A stretch of 64,000 bases of DNA from Cenococcum geophilum (lineage: Eukaryota): contig CP158635.1 in the NCBI GenBank assembly GCA_050273025.1, forward strand, positions 7,502,001 to 7,566,000, given 5' to 3'. Under the pieces are notes generated by a model. That model was not told the DNA's origin. It did no database searches and saw nothing but the letters and a program-made list of their open reading frames with translations. Positions 26,801 to 38,900 of the stretch are shown piece by piece. The translations under genes and the position numbers were made by a program. Each line of letters begins with the position of its first letter. Position 1 is the first letter of the stretch.

Positions 26801-28848
26801 TATCTTATTTTAAGAATCTTAGTCGTCTCTTATCTTATCCTAAAAATCTTAAGTCTTTAGCCTTTTGCCTTTATTAAGTGCCGAAGTAGTTCACTATCCT
26901 ACTTCTCTTGCGTCTCGCGAAGTGATAGACATTATGTCTAGTGGGGTTTTAATCCCTACTAATATTCCCTGTTCTATAGTAGAATTATCCTCTGCCTCTA
27001 GTATAACATCTCTAAGGTTTACTTACTCCTAGTAAGCGGCCCTTATTACCTTATCATTACGGAATGTTTCGCCTACATTAAATTTATCGTCCTTAATATC
27101 CGATCTACAAACTGGTTTATTAGTTTCTCTATATCCTATAGGTGCTAGCTCTTATAGCCAATAGCTTACGCCATACTTAGCGTCCTTATAAATTTGGTAT
27201 GCGTTATTATAACAAAACGTAAAACTTCTAATTGAATATTCCTTTATTCCTTATAGTATATTGTCGTCCCTCTATATATATATATCGTCTGCTAGTCTTA
27301 TACCCTTTACTATATAGTAACTCTGCCCACTTCTATAGTCTTTAACGTAATAACCCTATTTTCCGCAATTTATATAAGCTCCTTCTTTAAACTATTTCTC
27401 TTACTATAGAGTCCGCCTAAATGTCTTCTACTATTAAGATCCCTAATTCGGCCTCTACTCCTTAGACCTTTAATTACTTAATCCTTATCCTCTAGGTTTC
27501 TATAGTTTGCTCTATTTTTTATAAGCTTCTTTAGTACCGCTTAGGTCTATTAGCTCTGCGCTATACTATATTTTTTAACTTAGCTTTTATCGTTGCGTAC
27601 TTTACGCCTTATATAACTATAAAACTCTATCCTAGCCTCTTTTAGCCTATTCCCTTTAGAAGATCCTATTATTAATCTTAATCGCTTAATCTATTAGTTC
27701 CCTTAGGGTGTCCATATCTTCTATTAGGATAATTACGTCCTAGACTTTAGCCTTAAGTCCCTATTTATACTATGCCATAAGCGCCCTATTATTCCACTCT
27801 ACTTATATTGCTAGTATCTGGAATTATATCGTATACTTAATTACTAAAGTTCGTTATATAAAGTTCTAGAGTTTTCTTTTCGCTATAGTTGTTTCTTCCG
27901 GGTCTCTAAATATCTGCGTAAGTTGTTCTACAAATTCTTCCTAACTTAAGAACATAAATCGCACGTCTTAGTTAGTGGTCGTCATTCCATTTGCCTATAT
28001 CTCTATAAGGTAAGGTTTAAACCACTTAAGTGCTTTTCCTAATAAGAATAGTCCTGCGTAGGCTATCCGATCTATAGGTATAGGTAACTTTACTCCTTCC
28101 TATAAGACCTTAAAGTATATCTATGTAAGGAATCCTTTAAGCTTTAACCTCTCTCCTGTAAATCTCTTAATTGATAGTAGCTTAATCTTTACTACTCCTA
28201 TCCCGTTAAGTCTTTCTTCCAATACTATATTATTAGCTATTAGCTAGTTAACTATTTCCTATAGCTGTCCAACCGTTATAGGTTACTATAAGTTAGTATC
28301 TGCTATACTGGTATCACCTCCTGTCCTTAAAGTAGTTGCTGCCGTTGATGGCGTTATAGTGGCTGCTTTTAGTGGCATATTATTCGACTTCTTATATTAA
28401 TACCGTAACTGGGTAGTAATTATATAACGGAACCTTGTAGCAAAAACTATAATAGGCTCATTAATAGGCTAGGTGTGTAGGAAATATAAGTATAAAAGTT
28501 AACAACGTAATAACAACTAGTGGAGTGGTTGCCTAACAAATTAACTCTAATTATATTCTGAGAATTACTACAAGGAAGGAACTATCTAGGTAGGGACTAA
28601 GGGTCCTTAAATACACAACCGTACTCCTATAAAATCCTTTTTGTATATAATATACGTGTGCTCTGTCTACTCTGTTATAGATCCTATAGATTACACAGAT
28701 TACATAGATCACATCATATGACCTCGGTTACTATTCCTCGTCACATGGTTCTATCAGCTCTATTCTAGACCGTGCCTAAATTAACCAACTAGCTTCTTCC
28801 GTCTCTTCTTTAAGTAGTCGTAACATCGTACTTAAAGCGTCTGTAATA
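20881..28848 (-). mobile_element. Ty3/Gypsy LTR retrotransposon B with long gag extension
   Basis: 426-bp LTRs at 20881-21306 and 28423-28848. TSD ACGGG/ATGGG. PPT at 21307-21322. Protease ALIDSK(G)VTRNYI ~25280-25315. RT VYLNNII ~24330-24350. Gag CCHC ~27335-27380. Confidence 0.94.
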
Positions 28849-29028
28849 ATGGGTAGTAGAGGTTTATGTTTCCTAGTAGAATAAACTCTATACCTTTGGT
28901 TTCTAGTAAGCTTATTACTAATATAATATTCTCTATTTATAGGACCCCTTCAACCCTAGGGTTATATACATTAATAATTTATACCGGTCTCCTATATATT
29001 TGGATTATTATAACTGCAATATCTAGGT

Positions 29029-30681
29029 CAGCGTGGTTTTCAATAAGCGAAATTCCAGCCAATAAAATATTGACATTTGCCAATATTTACAGTGTCAATA
29101 TTTAAATATTGGCAATAATTTAGATAAAATTATTATAATAGAAATATACTTATTCTAGAATAAAGATTATATAAATTATTGGCATAGATTGGCAGTTTTA
29201 TAATATATTCTCGCGTGTAGAAATATTTATATACTATAAAATGTCTTAGTACACGCTCCCTTACCAAAATTAAATATTAACTACCCCTAATTATACCACA
29301 ACTATACGCAATTAAAGCTCTATATCTCTAATATAGCCTCTTTACTCTACTATCTACGTTATTTATAAGTAGCTAGTTATATAATAGCTTTATGGTGGCG
29401 CAGTAGAAGGGTAGTTAGACTTTTTGCGACCGTACGCGTACCAAAGCTCTGCAAAAGCCCTGCACGAAGCTCTGCTCGGAGCTCTACTCAGAGCTCTACT
29501 CGAAGCTCCGCTTAAAGCCCTATATAGAGCTCTAAAGCTCTACTAACACGCAGCACTAATATACTACAATCGGCCGTACGAACGCCCATATGACTAGTCG
29601 CTATACGATCGTCTCTACGAACGACTCTATAAATATCGCACGATTGCCCGTACAAACACCTATACAATTAATCGATCGATTAATTAATTACCTATATAAA
29701 CGCCCGTACGAACGCCTATATAATCGTCTATACGAACGTCTCTATAAACGTCTCTATAAATGTCTACACGAACGCCTGTACGAACGCCTATATAAGCCCT
29801 TTACAAGGCCTTTAAAAACAAGCCTAAATGCAAGGTCTACATAGAGAAGCTCTATCAAAGCTCTAACCAAGCTCTGCTCGAAACTCTGCTCAAAGCTCTG
29901 CTCGAAGCTCTGCTCGAAGCTCTATCGAAGCTCTGCTCAAAGCTCTGCACAAGGCTCTACTTAAAGCTCTATCAAAGCTCCACTTGAGGGTCTGCTCGAA
30001 GCTCTGCTCGAAGCTCTATCAAGGCTCTGCACGGAGCTCTTCTCAAGCTCTGCTCAAAAGCTCTACGCGAGGCTCTGCTCGAAGCTCTACACGACACTCT
30101 ACTCAAAGCTCTACTAATATGCAGCACTAATATACTAGAAGACTCTATAATCGTCTATACGAACGGCTCTACAATTAATTGATTTATCGATTAATTGCCT
30201 GCACGAACGCCTATACGAACGTCTGCACGTCTACACATCTATACGTCTACACGCCTGCACGCCGCACGTGGCTCTGCATAAGGCTCTGCGCGAACCTCTG
30301 CACGAAGCTCTACTAAAGCTCTACACGAGGCTCTGCCTAAAGCTTACCCCCTGCTGCGAAGCACAACGGAGGGATAGCATTTGCGAAGCAAATCCCTACC
30401 AACTAGTATCTATAGGTTAAAAGTCTTCTTTTACTAGCAGTTTAATAACTCTTCTATATTAAGGGAGTCTAATATAGGTATAAAAAGTAATAAGTCTGCT
30501 TTAGAAGCTATAATATTTAATAATTTATCCGTACAATGTTAAAGTTAATAAATTTTGATGGGGTGCCAAGAAGATCTGCAAATATTACAAATATCGCCAA
30601 TACTCGCCAATACTCGCCAATATTGATTAGTGCCAATATTGATCAATCTAATTGGCAATATTGATATTGAAAACCACGCTG
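29029..30681. mobile_element. Non-autonomous hAT-type element (1.65 kb)
   Basis: 17-bp TIR CAGCGTGGTTTTCAATA. 8-bp TSD ATCTAGGT at 29021-29028 and 30682-30689. Subterminal GCCAATA repeats; internal GAAGCTCTGCTC and CGAACGCCT arrays. Confidence 0.9.
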
Positions 30682-30797
30682 ATCTAGGTTAACTGCCTAC
30701 TATAACCATAAGGACAGGCTAATAGCCTTACTAATTATAAAGCATACGTGTGTAGCTGCTTTTGGTTTATATAGGAGCTAGAATCTTTAGGGGCAGT

Positions 30798-32929
30798 TTT
30801 TTTTTTTTTTTTTATCCATTGTATTATACTACGTACAATACTGCGCATGCAGCCTCTGGGCTATGGCGCTATAGTTCTATATACATAAATCCTTTTTAGG
30901 GCAGCTTAATATGTACTAGTAGCTATATCCTAGTAGTTTATAAACCCCTAAATTAGGAGTTTATAGTTTCCTAGTAAAAATACTAAGATACTATAACTAC
31001 TAGGGAATGAGAAAATGGTAAGAAAAACTGTAAGAAATCCTAACCCCTGTCCCTGTCCTTTTGCAATTTATTTCTGTCCTTTTGCTCTCTACTGTCTTTT
31101 AACCTAAAAGCCTAGTAGGAGTTACCTCCTTCTAGACTTCTATTAATTTTATTCTTCCATAGAGTCTTCTACGCTAGTACTATGTACTAATTTAGCTGCT
31201 CTAAGATTCTCGCAGTCTCTACTATTAGCAAAGTGTTTTTCTTTACAATTAATGCAAAGAGGGGTGGTATGCTTGCAAGGCCTACCGCTTATTAAGCAGG
31301 TAGGACAGCAGTGGTCTTTAGATAGATGTGCAGCCGCATAATATCTACAGGCCCTAGTAGAGCATCTGTCTCCTGTATGGCCAAATTTTTGGCAGCTATT
31401 ACACTGCGTAGTAGGAGAGACTTTAAGGTACTTTACTACCTTAGTAGCTGTACCTGCAATTGATATCTCTTTTTGCTTGAGGATTTCTTGTCTTTTTTCT
31501 TCGTTCTTTATAGTAAAAACTATAGAGCCAAATCTGGTCTGTGGATTGTGTCTTTTTTCGCTAGATAAGATCCATCTAGGTAGTCCTTGTATCCTTATAG
31601 GATTAAAGGTCTTAATCTCTTCTTTTAGAAGCTTAGAGCCTCCTTCTCCTAGGAAAGGTAGGGTAGGAACCCTATGGGCTATAATTTGAACCCATGGTTC
31701 TAGTTTTTGTTCTCTTTAAAAGGTAAAGCAGTTATGCCAGATCTCCTTATATTTAACTAGGAAATCTATATTATACTCTTCTATAGTTATAAGGAGAATA
31801 TTTTGTTTTCCTTTAGTTCTAGCTATAGATGCTAGAACTGGCTTTTTTACTTGCAGTTTTGATGCAAATAGTTGATTGACTTTATTTCGTATAGAGAAGG
31901 TATCTAGAGGTTGGTCCTTTTCGTCTGTAATTAGGACTAGTTTCCTTTCTTATAGCTGCTTTTTCTTACTTCTAGTAGAAGTAGAACCCCTACTAGAAGA
32001 AGAAGGGGCAGAAGGTAGTGGTGGTAATAGTAAGGAGGGTAGGGAGGACGAAAAAGAAGGGAGGTCCTTCTTCAGTCTCTCTGCGTAAGTATTTTTAGTA
32101 GAAGCTACCTCCTTATGGAGAGCTTTTACTTCTTTTACTAGTCCTTCTAGGACCTCTTTTGCCTCTTCTTCTTCTTCTTCTTTTGCAAAGGGGTTTTTTC
32201 CTATTAGGATATTGTGTGTATAGTCCACTAGCTATCCAACTTATTCTTCTTATTCTTCTCCTTCTAGCCCTCTATAGGCCTGGATTAGGCTTCTTAAAGC
32301 CTCGTGTAGATGTTCTTCTGGAGAAAGGGAAGACGGAGGTATACTAGGCATACTATCCGTAGTAGTTGTTGGTTTTATTATCTTTTTTGCAGGTTTTTGG
32401 TTTTCTTTTTCAGGAGAAGACTAAGGATGTTCTCTTTTTTCTCCTGTCCTAAACGGGCCAGGAGAAGGAGAAGGGGGAGAAAAAGTAGATGTAGAATCTT
32501 CATCACTTATTTCTATAGGAGGTTTTTTTTTAGACCTATTAGGCCTTGGCATTTTATATCTTATAGGGGGGTTTCTAGTTTTTACTATCTTTATACCCTT
32601 TCTCCTTACTAATCCTACTAGAAGATTTCTGGGGAGATTAGGCTAAAAGGTAGTAGAAAGACTAGCCCCTATTAGTATTCGTAGTAGTAGTTATAGTTTT
32701 GGTGTTCCTGTCCGTGCCTCGCTTATAAGCTAGGACCACCCCTAAGAAGAATTTTCTGCTGGGGAAAAGGGGGTAAAACGACAAATAAATCCACCTCTAG
32801 CTCGCTAGGCAGTGAGAATTAGGTCTTAAAAGTTAGGAAATCGATTGTTTTTGATGGTAAGATGGGTATGCGTAAGTTTTGAAGTGCGGCGCCACCTTTT
32901 GGTAAGGTTGCATGTGTGGTAAAAGGTCT
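30798..32929 (-). mobile_element. 2.1-kb polyA-tailed non-LTR element encoding only an ORF1/gag-like protein
   Basis: TSD TTTAGGGGCAGT at 30786-30797 and 32930-32941; polyT 30797-30813. A single ORF1-like frame; no room for EN or RT. Confidence 0.88.
31149..32694 (-). pseudogene. LINE ORF1-like protein (~515 codons, RIP stops) with triple zinc knuckle
   Basis: C-terminus TTQCNSCQKFGHTGDRCSTRACRYYAAAHLSKDHCCPTC...LCINCKEKHFANSRDCENLRAAK...EDSMEE*. ORF-track fragment 31950..32228 belongs to it. Confidence 0.85.
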
Positions 32930-35900
32930 TTTAGGGGCAGTATATTAATTATATAAAGGTATTATAATACGGTTCTTATATAGCAAGGATATAATATTTC
33001 TCTAGGTCTAGACTGTCTAGTAGGGGCCTTATAAGGCGGTAGTTTATATTGCCGCAGTTATACTATATAATAGATAGGTGGCGGACCCCCAGCGAGGGTC
33101 CTTTAACTCTCCTTCGTTCCTTACTTCTTCTATTTCCATTTTCTCTAGGATATTTAGAGCTTCTATCTCTTATATCTATACCCTAGTTACTACTTATTTT
33201 ATATAGAGCTTTCCATTCCCATATCTTATGTTCCTATTAGCGCTTCTATATCTAAATCTGTTATTATTACCGGTTCTTCCCCTATTCTTACTAGTCGGCT
33301 ATATGCCCTTTATAAGTCGGCTGCGAATATTATATTTGCCGCATTAAGTCTAATTCTTAATTATCCTGGTCTTAAGCCTACTGTCACTATCCATAGGGGT
33401 CTTCCTATAGGGCGTCCTCTCCCTTATGTCCCCTATAACCCTTATATCCCTAATCGGTCTAGTAATATTACACGGCGTCGCTTTTAGCCCGTTAAGGCTT
33501 AGGATAGCTAGCCTAGCCCTCTAGTATTAAAAGTAGGAAACGCTAGAAAGGCGCCTACGTCCCCCTAGCTTATCGCCTATTATTTCCATTTGTATAACCT
33601 AGCGTACAGTTATTCCCGCAGCTATTAAGCCCTTACCTTCCGTCTCCTGTATTTAATGCAGTCTTTTCTCTCCTACACCTTATATATGCTTCGGTGGTAG
33701 TTCGCGCATTTTGTTTAGTCTTAATTTAAAAATGTCTTATATTATAGGGGCCTACATAGTGGCCGCAGCACACCTATGCTACGCATATAGATTAGGTGTG
33801 TCCCCATTATACACAGCAATAGCATTATTCTAGGCGTAGTCTGTGGTTATAGAGCCTTATATTATATATAAGGCCATTTATAATTATTCCTTTTTAGATA
33901 AGAAGTTTTTGTATTCCTAGTATATATATGCTGACGATAAGGGAGCTATGCGTTCGTCCGGCGTCTCCCTAGCGAGTCTCTAGCGACCCTCGTGTCCTCT
34001 TATTGTTTTTATTATATGCTTAGTTTATATTTTCCTGTTAAAGCTATTAAATTCGGGTGATTTCAAGTCCTAGTATAAGGCGTTCCGTTTATCTTACTAT
34101 CTCCTATATAATTGCTATGTTGTCCACCTAGCGTCCCTTTTCTACCCTAAGGCTTATAAGAACCGCTAGGACTTTAACTAGGTAATCCTTGTGGAGTACT
34201 TTTATACTAATACGTTCTCCTAGCCTATCCTTTACCCTTACGACTTATTCCTTTGCCTATTAGTCCTTTAGGGTAACTTTAATGTCTCCGCTCTTAAGGT
34301 GTCGGACTATAATAGTATCGTAGACCTCTTTATATATCTTTATAAGGACTTCTGTTTCTAATTATCCCTTAAGCCCCTCTACTTATTCTATGTTTGGTTA
34401 TATTATAATTATATACCTGGTTATTAACTTAAGGGGGGTAGGTTCCCTATACTGTAAAAGCGCAGCTATAGTAGCCTAGGTGCGGTTCGCCGGTAAGGGG
34501 GGGTTATACTTATTTTTAATTTTACTTAGCCGTTAGAGGATTTAATTAAGGGTTTGCTAAAGGGGCGCCTAAGGTTCGCTAGACTAGCGGAGCTATTCTA
34601 CTAGCTATATTAGTTCGTTATAGCTAACAGTTACTTCCCTATAATTTTGGATACTAGACGCGTCTAATAGGCTTTATATTTTATTAGATGCCTTCTTAAT
34701 AGAGGTATTTCCGCTTTATAGTGCGGTATTCGCCCGTCTTTATTATAGAGGGCTATTGCTAGGCGTAGTTCTAGCGGTTACGCGCAAGTGCGAGCCACCG
34801 TCGTTTGATGTGTGCCTTCCCTGCGATATATGCATTTCAAGGGGATTCTCTAGGTGTTTTTCAGGGTTCTTTTGGTTGGTTTTGGTCTTTTTGGGCCAGG
34901 TATAGCAAGAGCTCCTTTTATCGGCTATAGAAAAGAAATATTTATCTTTTTTTAAATAATAAAGGTATAAAAAATATAGCACTTCCTTATATGCTTTCCA
35001 CGCTTAATTATAAATATTTCTTTACCCTAATAAAAAGGGATAGAGTTAATACTATAGATACTAAAAGGATATATACGCTAGAATATAGAATAGTCTTATT
35101 TAGTCCTATAGGTAGTATAGTATATTTAATTAATATAGCTAAGAAGAGAAAAGAGGTTAAATCCCCATTAGACTATCTTGGTACTTATAACCTTATAAGC
35201 TTTATATAATTTTAAATAGTTAACCCTATAATAGAATTAAAGTAAAAAAGTAGTCTTATTATAAAATATATAAAGTATATACTTTTTAATATATTCTATA
35301 ATTTAGAGTTTAAATATAATTATGTAATATCTACTATTGGTCTTATAAGGTAATATCACGTAGCTACGGTTCGTAGATAGTATAATAATTGTTATTATTC
35401 TATTCTTAATAAGGGAGGGCGAGGAGCTTAAGGCTCCTCGCCACGCTAGTGCCGCGGCGGCACGTAACGGCAACTTGCCGTACGTAATGGCAACTTACCA
35501 CACATAATAGCAATATACCTTATATAGTAACCACTTGCCTTTATTCCTAACACTAGTAACTCTTCTTTTATAGTTACCATCTATATATATATACCGCTTA
35601 ACTATCGGAACAAATATCAATCCTCCTTACTTACTATTGCTATTATAATATAAGTCTCGCTATCCCAAAATTTGCCTCTTAGCACATAGTGCTTTCTTAC
35701 TTATAAGTTATAGGTAGGTATCAGAGGTCCAGGTTAGGCTTAGCATAACCTCAGATTACGCACAACCCCCTAAGGTCCGCAACATATCGTCCAAATATTA
35801 CCCCCCCCCTTTAGTGGTGGCCCCTACTTTTTAGACGCGTTTTTAAGGCCTAGGTTAGTACTAGGTTAGTATAAAGGGCCTTAGCGCGCCTTTAACCTCA

Positions 35901-35942
35901 CTGTCACCTCGACAATACATTTTCCAACCCTCTCCTATCCTT

Positions 35943-38900
35943 ATGCCCGCGCTAGCTCGCGTAGGGCTTCTAATTTTATATAGAAAGGCCTACCGTAATT
36001 CTAATTATATAATATAGAGCCCTCTTCTTCTTCTCCTTTAATATTTACGCGTTCGGTAACTTTATTTACCTACACCGCGCTTACGTGTCTCCCCCTTACC
36101 TCTTACGGATATAAAATCCTTTAAGAATCTCCTTACCCTATAGTCCACTTTACGGTCAATAGAAGCCCCCCTAGGCCCCTTACCCTATAGCCTTTAGAGC
36201 GAATTTAAGGCCCAGATAGTACGGCTATAGAATATTTATAAGGCCTAGCGCTTAAAAAATACTATAAGGGCGTATAAGCTAAAGCAGAAAAAGTAGGAAG
36301 ACTAGTGCGTAAGATTAGAAGGCAATACAGACGGCGCCCAGGTAATAAAAGATAAGCTTTGCTTATTTTTAGAGCAGCAAGTTATTAACTAAAAATCGCG
36401 GGCCGCTGGCTATCAAAAACGGAAGTCAAAACGGAAAGAGATATAGAAAGATAGCGAGCAGGTAAAGAAGAGGTAGAAGACGGCCGGCCGGCCAAGAGGG
36501 CAGCTAGGGGGAAGGGCAGCCGTAGGGGCAGTTATAGGGGCAGCTATAGCCGTAGAGGAAGCTATAAAGGATGAAGAGGAGATATGGGATAAGGACGCCC
36601 TAGACGCCCTATTTAACAAGACGGTCTAATACTTAGTTATAAATAGCTACGTCTCTACTATTACTAAGCTTTACGCGTAGTAGTTAGAAGGCAAGGCCTT
36701 ATAGCCGCTGTAGGGGGCAAAGCTCTTAGCGATACTAGACAGTGTCCGCCGCGATAAGGACCGTATTTAATATATTAACTTTATTAATTGGGGCCTATTT
36801 ACAATTACTAGCGGCTACAACGTTAAAGGGCTTAAAAAGGTAATTACTTAGTACTAGGAGACGGGCTCTAAGATACCGGGTTTAGTTGAGTCTTACCTTT
36901 AAACTGCGGCTAAGCATTTATTAGGTTTGTATCCGGTCTATATAGCTACCGTTTTCTAACCCGTTTGTTAGGCTATAGTACTATTACCTACGGTAAAAGT
37001 AGACGGGACATTTAGCTTACTAACCTTATCCTTATTAAACTAGAAAACAAAGGGCCTAAACTAGATAAGCTAGCGCCGTATATAATTATATTAATAATAT
37101 AGGGGAAGTAGAATTAATATAACAAGGTTAAGTATATAGGCTATATGCGCAATACTAACCCTATCCTCTGCCCTCTCTCCGTAATAGCCTTTTACTTCTT
37201 TAACTGCTGGGGTAAAGACGGCGCCGAGAGCTTCCTATCCTTTCGGCAGCTAGAGGACTACTATAACCTATATATCTTCCCTAGTAGCATTAAAGTACCG
37301 CAACAGCCGTTAAGCTATTATACGCAGTTTAAATAGAATAAGAAGATGTTCTAGGGGGTAGGAATTCACTTAAAGGAGAAGACCTATAGCGCTCGTAAGT
37401 AGAGCGTCCGGCATGCTAAGCTTAGCGGCGTTAAGGAAACCTAAATTAGACGGGCCGGACGCTAGAATATAGACGCAATAACGGGAGCCTACCTTAGCTA
37501 TCTACCCTATGCGTTTATATGGTTAATCACCGGCTTCCCAAAGGAGGGAAAAGGCTACTTTCTTCCCTGCGCGCAAGAGATGCCGGAGAAAGCCCTTTGC
37601 TTAAAGATATGGCCTAAGACTAACGTCTGGCTAAAACACATAGAGACCTACTACCTAGAGAGGGCCGATAATAAGGTTGTACGGCTTAACCTTATAGGCT
37701 TAGAATTTCTACGCCTCCTTTATACGCTTAGGGTAATCCTATTATAGGACTTAGTAATCCTACATAAGCAGTTCCCGCTCTACCCCCTATAAAAGGACTC
37801 CCTCTTTAGCTATAAGGAGTATTAGAGGTTCGCTACGCGGGTAAAAAGCTCACTAGCCAGCATAGTTACGCTAGACGAGATAATAATGCGGAAATACTGG
37901 CCCGCCTATAAGGCCGTAGCTAAGCTAAGATATAAGGCCGCAATCTTAGAAATAAAGGGGGTTTAATTACGCGTGCAGATGATCTTAGAACGCCTTAGCG
38001 AAATAGAAAGGTTATTAGTATTATTTATACCTATATAGATCTAGTAAGGGAAAACGGGTATCTAGATAGGGCCTACGGAGTCTATACGGCCGTCTTTAGA
38101 CGGCCCCGTACCCTTGCCTTTGCCTATACTTATACTTATACCTATACCCGCGTCTGTTCCTAAACGCGTTAACGGCTAGATTCCATCTTTAGATAAACCC
38201 TCTCCCGTATATCTAACCCCTAGGGAGATACTAAGGGGTCCTTAACTATCTACTGCCGTAGAGCCTGCTTAGCCGTCTACTATAACATCTATTATACCCC
38301 CGCAGCAGCTGCCGTAAGCTTTTACTATACCCCCGCCATAGCTACCGCAAGCTAACACTTAACCTCTCCCATTTATCCTTAACCTGTAGGCACCGCTAAG
38401 GAAATATAAGATACTTTAGGGCGGTAATTCGGTATTCTAGCTTTAGGCTGAGTAAACTTTAGGGCTAGCGGGTAGGCCGTTAATTAATGCTCTTAATTAC
38501 TGCTAGGGGGCGCACTAGCGGGTTAATAGCGAGGCTATATTCTATAGCGGTCGCTATAGGATAATTAAGGATATAAGACGGCGTATAGAAGATAGTACGG
38601 TAAGAGATAAGAGATAGGCTATTAACCAGCTAAAACAGCTACGGTGTAACGGCGCTATCGCACGTTACCTGCCAAATTCTGCCATATTCTGCCGACCTGC
38701 GATTGGCCCGCCTAAAGCTAGCGCCTTGGCGGCTTACCCTATATATTTGTTTACATCGGTTCTGGCGACCCCTTTTTCTTCTTTTTAGCTTAGTATCTTT
38801 GTAATACAGTATTCGTTTAAGCTTCGGTTTAGAGGCATTTATTTAAGCCGTGATATTATACTAAGCTCTCCCTATCTTGCCTAGGAAGGCCTTAATAATA

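Larger units (their letters stand above)
11612..34925 (-). mobile_element. Full-length Tad1-like LINE (~5.5 kb net) carrying four nested insertions
   Basis: 15-bp TSD TATAGAAAAGAAATA at 11597-11611 and 34926-34940; (TTA)n tail. ORF1 zinc knuckles ~33730-33840. EN-like ILLGNINLYY ~28853-28882. RT motifs YRPIAL ~19713-19730, PLSPILF ~19305-19325, GFVNNTNL (GFVDDTNL) ~19225-19250. Confidence 0.92.

Noticed and set aside
32885..32929. Ribozyme at the 5' end of the ORF1-only element
   Set aside because: Only a simple ACCUUUU/AAAAGGU hairpin; no L3 UCCNCGY or P2 partner.
34800..34925. Ribozyme at the 5' end of the full-length LINE
   Set aside because: No P1/P3/L3 pattern found by eye in the first ~130 nt.
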